A stretch of DNA of 64,000 nt, from assembly GCA_934699135.1 (NCBI GenBank), contig CAKUVM010000004.1, positions 17,331 through 81,330 on the forward strand. Direction: 5' to 3'. Below, piece by piece: positions 50,418 through 58,392 of this stretch. Position 1 is the first letter of the stretch. Every line of letters begins with the position of its first letter. The notes below the pieces were generated by a model, which worked only from the letters and a program-made list of their open reading frames with translations, was not told the DNA's origin and ran no database searches. The position numbers and the translations under genes were made by a program. This DNA comes from an uncultured Bacteroidales bacterium. GTDB taxonomy: Bacteria; Bacteroidota; Bacteroidia; Bacteroidales; Marinilabiliaceae.

Positions 50418-50512
50418 GAGAAACGGCTGGGGGCGAGGCAAATTTGGACACGGGGCAAAAAGCGCACGCGGCTCGCAAGGCTCGCATGCGCTTCGCAACC
50501 GCTATTGCGTTT

Positions 50513-53200
50513 TTAGAACAATGACGGTTGTTCTTTATCGTCAGCGTTGTTGCCGGCGTCCGCATCGTCAGTTCCGCCATCCGAGCCGTCTGCCTCGTGG
50601 GCGGTCCTGACTGTCGGGATGAGAGGCTCCAGCTCTTTCACCTTGCCCACCTCATAGAGAGCCAGGCGTTTGCCCTTGGCCTTGACCCCTTTCTCGCCAA
50701 TAAACTCCGCCGCGTCGATTCTCTCGGCGGGTCGCCACTTGTCCGCGCCTCCATACGTGACGGAGAAGAGCGGGTGATCCTCGTCTGAGAGGGCCACGAG
50801 GCGGCTCTTGGCGTTTTCGCCTATGAAGTTGACGGGTTTGGCCGCGGGTGTCAGTTTGAATCTCTTTATGTAGTGCTGCCCCGTCTCACCGTCAACGTAT
50901 ATGGCCGTCCAGACCTTATGCGGGTCGAACTTCTCTATGCGCTCAATGTTGTCATCGAAATGCTGCTCGAAGCCCGTGCCTGTGGTGATGGCGTCGCCGC
51001 CCTTGGTTATGACGAGAATCTTGTCGTCGGGGCCGAACTCGCCCAGCAGTTCGCCGCGCCCGTCGGGGTTGAGGCGCAGGGTCTCCGGCTCAAACCATAT
51101 CTGCCGCCCGCCGAGCGTGCTCTCGCCCCTGCGTTTCAGCACCACCTTGTGCACCTCGTTTTTAGTGACCACGTTTCCTTTTGAGGCCCTGCCCTTGATG
51201 GCCAGCGAGGCGAAGTCGAAGTCTAGCACCACATTGCGAAGCTTGGCCCTGGGCCTTAGCAACACCTTGACCACCTCGGCCTCGCCGTTGGCGTTGGCGC
51301 TGAAGTATCGCAGCTTGGTCCCCTTGGTGCCACTGGTGAGGTCATACTCGCGGTCGCGAGTTATGCCCGTGACGTTGAATCGTTTTGCGAAGGTGACGCC
51401 CGTCTCGCCATCGGTATACACGGCGTTGTAGACGGTGCGCGTGTCGTTTTTCTTGAATATGGCCACGTGCATGACGCCTGCGCCCACGTCCACTTTCTCG
51501 TCAATCTTCTTGACCACGTATCGGCCGTCGGTGTAGAAGATGATCACGTCGTCGAGGTCGGAGCAGTCGGCCACGTAGTCTCCTTTCTTGAGGCCGTAGC
51601 CCATGAAGCCGTCTTCGCGGTTGATGTATAGCTTCTTGTTGCGCTCCACCACCTTGGCGGCCTCGATGTTGTCAAACGAGCGTATCTCGGTGAGGCGCGG
51701 GTGGCCTGCGCCATATTGTTTTTTGAGGCGGCGGAAATAGGCTATCGTGTAGTCCACAATGTGTTCCAGGTCGTCCCTCGTCTTGTCCATCTCCTCGGCC
51801 AGGGCCTTGAGCTTCTGCTCGGCCGCCTCGGTGTTGAACTTGAGGATTCGGGCCATCTTGATCTCAAGGAGATGGAGGATGTCATCTGTGGTCACGTCGC
51901 GCATCAGTTTGACGCTGTGCGCGGCGAAATAGGCTTTTAGGCGTGAGTCAATGTGGGTCACGGCCTCGTCTGTCGAGGCGGCGTCCTCAAACTCCTTGTC
52001 CTTATAGATCCGCTCCTCTATGAATATCTTGTCTAGCGAGAGGATGTGCCACTGCTGCGCCAGCTCGTCTAGCTTGATGCGCAGCTCTTGGGCCAGCAAG
52101 TCCCGGGTGCGGTTGGTACTATGGCGGAGGATGTCGGACACGCCGAGGAAGTGCGGCTTGCGGTCTATGATGACGCAGGCGTTTGGCGAGATGGACAGCT
52201 CACAATCCGTGAAGGCGTAGAGCGCGTCTATCGTCTTGTCTGGCGAGGCGCCAGCAGGCAGGTGGATGATGATCTCGGCATTGTCTGCCGTGTTGTCATC
52301 TATCTTCTTGACTTTTATCTTCTTGTCATTGACCTTCAGGATGGACTCGATGACAGACGACGTGGTTTTGGAATATGGGATCTCCGTTATGGCCAGAGTG
52401 CGGGCGTCGCGTTTCTCAATTTTGGAGCGTATGCGCACCACCCCGCCGCGGAGGCCGTCGTTGTATCGGGAGACGTCTATGCTGCCCCCCGTGGGGAAGT
52501 CGGGATAGAGCGAGAAAGGCTTGCCCTCAAGGTATGCCACAGAGGCGTCGATGAGCTCGTTGAAGTTGTGCGGCAATATTTTGGAGGCCAGGCCCACGGC
52601 GATTCCCTCCACGCCCTGCGCGAGCAGGAGCGGGAACTTGACAGGCAGGGTGACGGGTTCCTCGTTGCGGCCGTCGTAGCTCTCTTTCCACACGGTGGTC
52701 TTGGGGTTGAAGACCACGTCTTGCGCAAACTTGGTGAGGCGCGCCTCAATGTATCGCGGGGCGGCGGCGCCGTCTCCCGTTATGATGTTGCCCCAGTTGC
52801 CCTGCGTGTCAATGAGCAGCTCCTTCTGCCCCAGCTGCACCAAGGCGTCGCCGATGGAGGCGTCGCCGTGAGGGTGGAAAGACATGGTGGCGCCCACAAT
52901 GTTGGCCACTTTGTTGAACCTGCCATCCTCCAGCCGACTCATGGTGTGCAAGATGCGACGTTGCACGGGCTTGAGGCCGTCATCGATATGCGGCACGGCG
53001 CGTTCCAAGATTACGTAGGAGGCGTAGTCGAGGAACCACGACCGGTACATGCCGTGGAGGTGGCTCTTCTTGACGGCCTCGGAGTCCCAGGCCGGGGCGT
53101 TGCCGCCATCGTCAGCGGGGAGGACGCCGTCTTGACCCTCGTCATCGGCCTGCGGGTCTTGGTCGTGTATGATGTCGTCGTCTTTTGTATCGTCGCTCAT
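50513..53200 (-). CDS. parC: Type IIA topoisomerase subunit A, topoisomerase IV ParC-like
   Basis: LKPVQRRIL, HPHGD and the catalytic Tyr in AAAPRYIEARL. The N-terminus is acidic. Assignment to Topo IV rather than gyrase rests on the HPHGDASIGDALVQLGQ variant and on pairing with the 635-aa B subunit, so it is not certain. Confidence 0.8.
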   Translation of the reverse strand: MSDDTKDDDIIHDQDPQADDEGQDGVLPADDGGNAPAWDSEAVKKSHLHGMYRSWFLDYASYVILERAVPHIDDGLKPVQRRILHTMSRLEDGRFNKVANIVGATMSFHPHGDASIGDALVQLGQKELLIDTQGNWGNIITGDGAAAPRYIEARLTKFAQDVVFNPKTTVWKESYDGRNEEPVTLPVKFPLLLAQGVEGIAVGLASKILPHNFNELIDASVAYLEGKPFSLYPDFPTGGSIDVSRYNDGLRGGVVRIRSKIEKRDARTLAITEIPYSKTTSSVIESILKVNDKKIKVKKIDDNTADNAEIIIHLPAGASPDKTIDALYAFTDCELSISPNACVIIDRKPHFLGVSDILRHSTNRTRDLLAQELRIKLDELAQQWHILSLDKIFIEERIYKDKEFEDAASTDEAVTHIDSRLKAYFAAHSVKLMRDVTTDDILHLLEIKMARILKFNTEAAEQKLKALAEEMDKTRDDLEHIVDYTIAYFRRLKKQYGAGHPRLTEIRSFDNIEAAKVVERNKKLYINREDGFMGYGLKKGDYVADCSDLDDVIIFYTDGRYVVKKIDEKVDVGAGVMHVAIFKKNDTRTVYNAVYTDGETGVTFAKRFNVTGITRDREYDLTSGTKGTKLRYFSANANGEAEVVKVLLRPRAKLRNVVLDFDFASLAIKGRASKGNVVTKNEVHKVVLKRRGESTLGGRQIWFEPETLRLNPDGRGELLGEFGPDDKILVITKGGDAITTGTGFEQHFDDNIERIEKFDPHKVWTAIYVDGETGQHYIKRFKLTPAAKPVNFIGENAKSRLVALSDEDHPLFSVTYGGADKWRPAERIDAAEFIGEKGVKAKGKRLALYEVGKVKELEPLIPTVRTAHEADGSDGGTDDADAGNNADDKEQPSLF

Positions 53201-53204
53201 GAGA

Positions 53205-53211
53205 TATGTTA
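53205..53211. repeat. Left copy of the 7-bp direct repeat TATGTTA bracketing the low-GC islet
   Basis: Exact 7-mer at 53205-53211 and again at 54422-54428. This copy contains the stop codon (TAA on the minus strand) of the small ORF. Confidence 0.5.
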
Positions 53212-53529
53212 GTTGTTGGTTTGGAGAGATTGACTTTTCAAGGAGACACGCTCAGAAATTAGCCCTTTAAGAGTTTGGTAAACGACAGGCAATTGACTCT
53301 GCGGTATGTGATACGCCTCAAAAACTACAGAATCAAAATTCTTCCTATCATCCATTTCGAGTTCCTCCTCCATACTTTTACAAATCTTCCGTTTTTTCAC
53401 ATTTTCAAATGCGTGAATAATTCTCGCCTTAGAATCTTCAGCAAGCAAATCAGGATTGGGGGCTATCAGGCTTTTGACATAATCTGCGTTAAGGTCAAGA
53501 GCCCCAAGGTTGCGGGAAGTACCTCTCAA
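53209..53529 (-). CDS. Small hypothetical ORF (106 codons from TTG), possibly a gene remnant
   Basis: The start codon is TTG and overlaps the methylase stop (TTGA). The first in-frame ATG would give only 54 aa. The ORF is low GC like the methylase. No domain recognised with confidence. Confidence 0.35.
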   Translation of the reverse strand: MRGTSRNLGALDLNADYVKSLIAPNPDLLAEDSKARIIHAFENVKKRKICKSMEEELEMDDRKNFDSVVFEAYHIPQSQLPVVYQTLKGLISERVSLKSQSLQTNN

Positions 53530-54377
53530 CTCAATCCATAAAAGTGTCCACCATCTAACTCCATACGATTAGTGACACTAGCGAGTCTTTCCCTGCAAAT
53601 CCTAACATAATCAATCGAAGAGGACTTGTGCAATTCAACGTCTACATTTTTTTCTATGCCAATAAAATGGCGACCTTCTAATGCCGCGGCTACAAGGAAA
53701 CTACCACTTCCGCAAGCATTATCCAACACGACAGCGCCCTTTTCCGTATAAGTCCTGATCAAATAACGGCCCAATGCAACTGGTTTTTGCGTCGGATGCC
53801 ACACGGGTCCCTCTGCTTCCGCAGTCTTAACGTAGACGAAGTCATCGTGTTCTTCCTCAAAGAAGCAGACATCATTTGGATAGCGAAGTCCATCACTCTT
53901 TACATGGCGGGGTTTAAAATCACCATAACTTCCAGTGTTCTGGTCTTTTCGGACACCTTTGTCATAGCTTGTTCCGCTCGACATTTGTGGATGGTATACA
54001 GGCTGCTTTTTATAAAAAAAGCAAATATCCTCGTGCTTCCGCAAAGGCTGCTTCCTCGCGTTTAAAAAATTTGTTGACTTAGACTTCACCCAAACGATCT
54101 TATACTTGAATAGCCTCACGTTGCTCATTATCAACTTTGCCGTGAAAACGCCCTGCGATGTCAAGACTATTGCTCCATTATCTTTTATAATTCTTTCATA
54201 CTGAAGCCATAATTGCTCCAAATCTAGGACCGAATCCCATTTGTTTTGCGTCGTTCCATATGGCAAATCACACAAAATCATATCTATAGATTGACTCGGT
54301 ATTAAAGGAAGGACATCCATGCAATCTCCCTCAATCACCCTGTCTGTGATGTCATTTAAACAAACATGCCCTTGCAT
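53526..54377 (-). CDS. Beta-class N6-adenine/N4-cytosine-type DNA methyltransferase
   Basis: Catalytic motif IV DLPYG (ILCDLPYGTT) lies N-terminal to SAM-binding motif I (VLDNACGSGSFLVAA) and HPTQKP, which is the beta-class order. ATG start. The coding region is ~40% G+C. Confidence 0.8.
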   Translation of the reverse strand: MQGHVCLNDITDRVIEGDCMDVLPLIPSQSIDMILCDLPYGTTQNKWDSVLDLEQLWLQYERIIKDNGAIVLTSQGVFTAKLIMSNVRLFKYKIVWVKSKSTNFLNARKQPLRKHEDICFFYKKQPVYHPQMSSGTSYDKGVRKDQNTGSYGDFKPRHVKSDGLRYPNDVCFFEEEHDDFVYVKTAEAEGPVWHPTQKPVALGRYLIRTYTEKGAVVLDNACGSGSFLVAAALEGRHFIGIEKNVDVELHKSSSIDYVRICRERLASVTNRMELDGGHFYGLS

Positions 54378-54421
54378 AATTCAACTCAAATAAATGCGAA
54401 CCCCGTATAACATCAGCTCGT

Positions 54422-54428
54422 TATGTTA
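54422..54428. repeat. Right copy of the 7-bp direct repeat TATGTTA
   Basis: Exact match to 53205-53211. This copy contains the parE stop codon (TAA on the minus strand, 54426-54428). Confidence 0.5.
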
Positions 54429-56333
54429 CTCTTCCTCTTGCAAGATGTGCAGGTCTTTGCCTACCAAGTCTTCCTCAATGACGAGGTTGTCAATGATGAA
54501 ATTTTGACGGCTAGACGTGTTTTTGCCCATATAGAACTCCAGCAGGTCGTGGACCGCGTCGGAGCTTTTGAGCATGACAGTGTCCAGCCTCATGCCGGGG
54601 CCAATGAACTCTTTGAACTCTTGCCAGTTGATCTCTCCGAGACCTTTAAACCTGGTTATCTCCCTCTGCGCGCCCAGCTGCCTGGCCGCCTTGTCTCGCT
54701 CCTCCTCGGAATAGCAGTAGAGGGTCTTCTTCTTGTTGCGCACACGGAAGAGCGGGGTCTGAAGGATGAACAGGTGGCCGTTCTTGATGACCTCAGGGAA
54801 GAACTGGAGGAAGAACGTTATCATGAGCAGTCGGATGTGCATTCCGTCAACATCGGCATCGGTGGCAATGATGACTTTGTTGTATCGGAGTCCGTCGATG
54901 CCGTCTTCAATGTTGAGGGCGCTCTGGAGGAGGAAGAACTCCTCGTTCTTGTATATGGTGTCTCGTCTCAGGCCGAAAGTGTTGAGAGGCTTGCCGCGGA
55001 GGCTGAAGACGGCCTGGGTGTGGGCGTCGCGGCTCTTGGTTATGGAGCCGGACGCAGAGTCTCCCTCTGTGATGAAGATGGATGTCTCTTCGCGCCGGGC
55101 GTTGCCGGCGTCGGTGAGGTGGATGGTGCAGTCGCGGAGCTTGCGGTTGTGGAGGTTGGCCTTCTTGGCCTTCTCGCGAGCCTCTTTTTGGATTCCGGAG
55201 ATGGCCTTGCGCTCTTTCTCGCTGTCAACAATCTTCTTGTTGATTATCTCCGCCGTGTCGAGGTTTCGGCGCAGGTAGTTGTCAAGATGCTCGGAGAGGA
55301 AGTCGCCCACATAGTTGCGAATGGAGACTCCGCCGTCGGGACTCATGTCCTTGCTGCCCAGCTTCGTCTTTGTCTGGCTCTCGAAGACCGGCTCCTGGAT
55401 TCGGATGGAGACGACGGCGGTGAGGCCGGAGCGGATGTCGGCCACATCGTAGTTCTTGCCATAGTAGTCTCGCAATGTCTTGACGATGGCCTCTTTAAAG
55501 GCCAAGAGGTGCGTGCCGCCCTGAGTGGTGTGCTGGCCGTTGACGAAGGTGTAATATTCCTCGCCATAATGGTCGCAGTGGGTGAAGGCGATCTCCAGGT
55601 CGTCTTTCTCAAGGTGTATGATGGGGTAGAGGGCCTCCTCTGTCATATTGTCCAAGAGCAGGTCGACCACTCCGTTCTGGCTCTGGAATTTCTCACCGTT
55701 GAACGTGAGCGTCAGGCCCTTATTGAGGTAGGAGTAGTTTTTGAGCATCTGGACGATGAACTCGTCTCGGAATGCGAAGTTCTCGAAAATCTCGGGGTCG
55801 GGGGAGAACTCCACCCTGGTGCCGTTTTTCTCTTGCGTCGGCATCACGTCATGCTCCGTCACCACCTTGCCGCGCGAGAACTCCACCACCTTGGCCTGCC
55901 CGTCGCGGAAGGCGGAGACGACGAAGCGAGTGGAGAGCGCGTTGACGGCCTTGATGCCCACGCCGTTGAGGCCTATGGATTTTTGGAAGACTGCGCTGTC
56001 ATATTTTCCGCCGGTGTTCATCTTGGAGGCCACGTCCACCACCGAACCCAATGGTATGCCGCGGCCAAAGTCGCGTACGCTCACCGACCCGTCGGATGTG
56101 AGGAGAACGTCAATCCTCTTGCCGAAGCCCATCATAAACTCATCTATAGAGTTGTCAATCACCTCCTTTATGAGCACATATATGCCATCGTCGGCGTAGG
56201 CGCCGTCTCCTAGTTTGCCAATATACATGCCGGGGCGGCGGCGGATGTGCTCCTGCCACTCCAATGTCTTGATGCTGTCTTCACCATACTCGGCCGCGGC
56301 GGCCTTGATGTCTTTTTCTTCTTGCTCGCTCAT
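54426..56333 (-). CDS. parE: Type IIA topoisomerase subunit B, topoisomerase IV ParE-like
   Basis: GHKL ATPase N-box [12 protein letters not shown], and Toprim motifs [10 protein letters not shown] and [12 protein letters not shown]. 635 aa. Confidence 0.85.
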   Translation of the reverse strand: MSEQEEKDIKAAAAEYGEDSIKTLEWQEHIRRRPGMYIGKLGDGAYADDGIYVLIKEVIDNSIDEFMMGFGKRIDVLLTSDGSVSVRDFGRGIPLGSVVDVASKMNTGGKYDSAVFQKSIGLNGVGIKAVNALSTRFVVSAFRDGQAKVVEFSRGKVVTEHDVMPTQEKNGTRVEFSPDPEIFENFAFRDEFIVQMLKNYSYLNKGLTLTFNGEKFQSQNGVVDLLLDNMTEEALYPIIHLEKDDLEIAFTHCDHYGEEYYTFVNGQHTTQGGTHLLAFKEAIVKTLRDYYGKNYDVADIRSGLTAVVSIRIQEPVFESQTKTKLGSKDMSPDGGVSIRNYVGDFLSEHLDNYLRRNLDTAEIINKKIVDSEKERKAISGIQKEAREKAKKANLHNRKLRDCTIHLTDAGNARREETSIFITEGDSASGSITKSRDAHTQAVFSLRGKPLNTFGLRRDTIYKNEEFFLLQSALNIEDGIDGLRYNKVIIATDADVDGMHIRLLMITFFLQFFPEVIKNGHLFILQTPLFRVRNKKKTLYCYSEEERDKAARQLGAQREITRFKGLGEINWQEFKEFIGPGMRLDTVMLKSSDAVHDLLEFYMGKNTSSRQNFIIDNLVIEEDLVGKDLHILQEEE

Positions 56334-56389
56334 TAGTTGATGTCGTTCTTCCGCTGTTTTGGGAGGCCCTCGGGGTGGGTGCTTTGGGG

Positions 56390-56397
56390 CAAAGGTA
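56390..56397 (-). promoter_or_regulatory. Candidate -7 promoter box for parE (and downstream genes)
   Basis: The minus strand reads TACCTTTG (TAnnTTTG), 57 nt upstream of ATG 56333. The -33 region is TTTT rather than TTTG. Confidence 0.4.
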
Positions 56398-56411
56398 GAA
56401 TTTTTTTCGGG

Positions 56412-56446
56412 TAGATAAAAAGGCCCCGCATCGGACAGATGCGGGG
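56412..56446 (-). terminator. Rho-independent terminator after the greA-HIT genes
   Basis: 9-bp stem ccccgcatc / gatgcgggg (56424-56446). The minus strand continues CCUUUUUAUC. Confidence 0.65.
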
Positions 56447-56479
56447 CACACGTGGCAGAAAGGCCATCAGGCCGCTCTG

Positions 56480-56878
56480 CTATTTTTCTAGTTTTGAGGC
56501 TATTATCTGCGCAGTCTCCGCAAATTCCTTCTCGGTGAGGTGGACGCGATCATTCTTAAAGTTGAGCGTGGCCTCGCTGTCCATCGGCACCAAGTGGATG
56601 TGGGCGTGGGGCACGTCGAAGCCCAGCACCGCAACCCCTACCCTCTTGCAACCTAGTGCTGCTTTCTGCGCCTTGGCCACCTTTTGCGCAAATAGCGCGA
56701 GGCTGGCCATGCGCTCCGGGGAGAGGTCGAAGATGTAGTCCGTCTCAACCTTAGGGACGCATAGCGCGTGTCCCTTGGCGAGGGGGTTGATGTCTAGGAA
56801 AGCGTAGTTCTCCTCGTCTTCCGCCACCTTATATGACGGGATCTCCCCATTTATTATTTTGGTGAATATTGTAGACAT
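56480..56878 (-). CDS. HIT-family (HinT-like) nucleotide hydrolase
   Basis: Histidine triad HAHIHLVP. 132 aa. Confidence 0.9.
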   Translation of the reverse strand: MSTIFTKIINGEIPSYKVAEDEENYAFLDINPLAKGHALCVPKVETDYIFDLSPERMASLALFAQKVAKAQKAALGCKRVGVAVLGFDVPHAHIHLVPMDSEATLNFKNDRVHLTEKEFAETAQIIASKLEK

Positions 56879-56911
56879 GACTCAGGGGTCTTTAATGATT
56901 AACAATATGCA

Positions 56912-57397
56912 CTATTCGACGGAGAGGGCTATGTCCAGCACCTCGAAGGTCATGAGGCCTGCCGGGACTTTGATTTCCGCCTTGTCTCCTACCTTCTTGC
57001 CCAAGAGCCCCTTTGCGATGGGCGTGGTGAGCGATATTTTGCCGGCCTTCAGGTCTGAGCCCTCTGTCTCTGGCACAATGGTGTAGGTCATCTTGGCCTT
57101 GGTCTTGGTGTTGAGGATGGTGACTCGGCTTAGCAGCTGCACAGACGAGTTGTCTAGCTTGCTGACGTCGATGACGCGGCTGTTGGCTATGGTGGACTTG
57201 AGTTTCATGATCTTGGACTCAAGGTGGGCCTGTGCCTCTTTGGCTGCGTCGTATTCGGCGTTCTCAGACAGGTCTCCCTTGTCGCGCGCCTCAGAGATGG
57301 CCGCGATGACCTTTGGGCGTTCAACACTCTCGAGCTCTGCCAGCTCGTCTTTCATTTTCTTGAGGCCGGCTTCTGTGACGTAGTTGATAGATGACAT
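56912..57397 (-). CDS. greA: Transcription elongation factor GreA
   Basis: The N-terminal coiled coil has the acidic tip DKGDLSENAEYDAAKE. The C-terminal globular domain contains SLTTPIAKGLLGKKVGD. Confidence 0.95.
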   Translation of the reverse strand: MSSINYVTEAGLKKMKDELAELESVERPKVIAAISEARDKGDLSENAEYDAAKEAQAHLESKIMKLKSTIANSRVIDVSKLDNSSVQLLSRVTILNTKTKAKMTYTIVPETEGSDLKAGKISLTTPIAKGLLGKKVGDKAEIKVPAGLMTFEVLDIALSVE

Positions 57398-57437
57398 AGT
57401 TGTCTCCTCCCTAATTTGTATTTCGTTAGTGAAACGT

Positions 57438-57478
57438 ATAAAAGAAGAGAATCCTGAAACCAGAATCTCAGGATCCTC
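57438..57478 (-). terminator. Intrinsic-terminator-like hairpin plus U-tract upstream of greA (operon terminator or leader attenuator)
   Basis: Minus-strand RNA GAGGAUCCUGA-loop-UCAGGAUUCUC forms an 11-bp stem with one G-U pair, followed by UUCUUUUAU. It lies 41 nt upstream of the greA ATG and 155 nt downstream of the upstream gene's stop. Confidence 0.55.
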
Positions 57479-57580
57479 ACTTTCTATATGGTTATTTATT
57501 TGTGTTTCTTTGCTTTGGCGGGCAGGCGAGCCTAACCTTGGGCTTTGCTCACGCAGTCCGTCTCATTTCTTCTGACAGGG

Positions 57581-57612
57581 CAAAGTTACAACATTTTTTC
57601 TTTCGAATCAAA
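57581..57612 (-). promoter_or_regulatory. Candidate consensus promoter far upstream of greA
   Basis: The minus strand reads TTTG (57612-57609), then 20 nt, then TAACTTTG (57588-57581). If used, it implies a greA leader of about 175 nt. Confidence 0.45.
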
Positions 57613-57632
57613 AATTTGAGTTTTGGGAGAAC

Positions 57633-58328
57633 CTAGTCCCTGTCAGAGTTCACGAGCTGAAGGACATAGTAGAGGAGCGTGGCGAGCGATGAGAGCGCGG
57701 CCACAAGATATGTGTAGGCGGCCCATTTGAGAGCGTCCACAGCCCCGTCTCGGGTCTCGCCCGCCGCAATGATGCCACTCTCCGTGAGCCAGTTGACAGC
57801 CCTGCGGCTGGCGTCTATCTCCACGCCGAGCGTGACGAAAGAGAAGAGAGTGAAAACGGCATAGCAGCCGATGATGATCTTCAGCGCGAGGGTGTAGGGC
57901 ATAAGGTTTGGCATGATGAACGCGAGGGCGAACATGCCAATGAAGATGACGTTGAGGATGGTGGCGGACACGTTTTGTAGCGGCACCAGGGCGGTGCGGA
58001 GCGCCATGGCCTTATAGCCCTGCGCGTGCTGCAGGGCATGACCCGTCTCATGAGCGGCAACGGCCGCGGCGGCCACGTTGCGCGAGGCGTAGACGTCTGA
58101 GCTCAGGTTGACGGTCTTATCCGCCGGGTTATAGAAATCGGTCAAAGTGCCATCAACGGGGCGTATGGTCACGTCGTTCACGCCATTGTCGCGAAGCATC
58201 CTAGCCGCGATCTCGGCACCCGACAGCGGCAGAGGGATCTGGCTATATTTCTTGAACTTGCTCTTGAGCCTGCTGCTGACAACCCAGCTCAAGATGGCGA
58301 AAGCTCCAAAAATGACCCAAAGCATCAT
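57633..58328 (-). CDS. YugP-type membrane zinc metallopeptidase
   Basis: HExxH in AAHETGHALQH, flanked by TM helices. 231 aa. Confidence 0.8.
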   Translation of the reverse strand: MMLWVIFGAFAILSWVVSSRLKSKFKKYSQIPLPLSGAEIAARMLRDNGVNDVTIRPVDGTLTDFYNPADKTVNLSSDVYASRNVAAAAVAAHETGHALQHAQGYKAMALRTALVPLQNVSATILNVIFIGMFALAFIMPNLMPYTLALKIIIGCYAVFTLFSFVTLGVEIDASRRAVNWLTESGIIAAGETRDGAVDALKWAAYTYLVAALSSLATLLYYVLQLVNSDRD

Positions 58329-58392
58329 AAGTCTCTTTTCTGTTTAATGGTTTACGGGGAATGCGTGGCAAAAGCCTTGCCAAATGTTCTGC

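Larger units (their letters stand above)
53212..54428 (-). other. Low-GC inserted islet between parE and parC
   Basis: Hand-counted 60-nt lines inside the islet are 37-43% G+C. Adjacent parC (line 53101) and parE (line 54541) lines are 63-68%. The islet is bounded by 7-bp direct repeats. Confidence 0.55.

Noticed and set aside
52088-53212. 374-aa + ORF opposite parC, and 596-aa + ORF 54423..56213 opposite parE
   Set aside because: Both are antisense shadows of the type IIA topoisomerase genes. Neither has a start context, and both are Val/Gly/Asp/Leu-rich low-information sequences.
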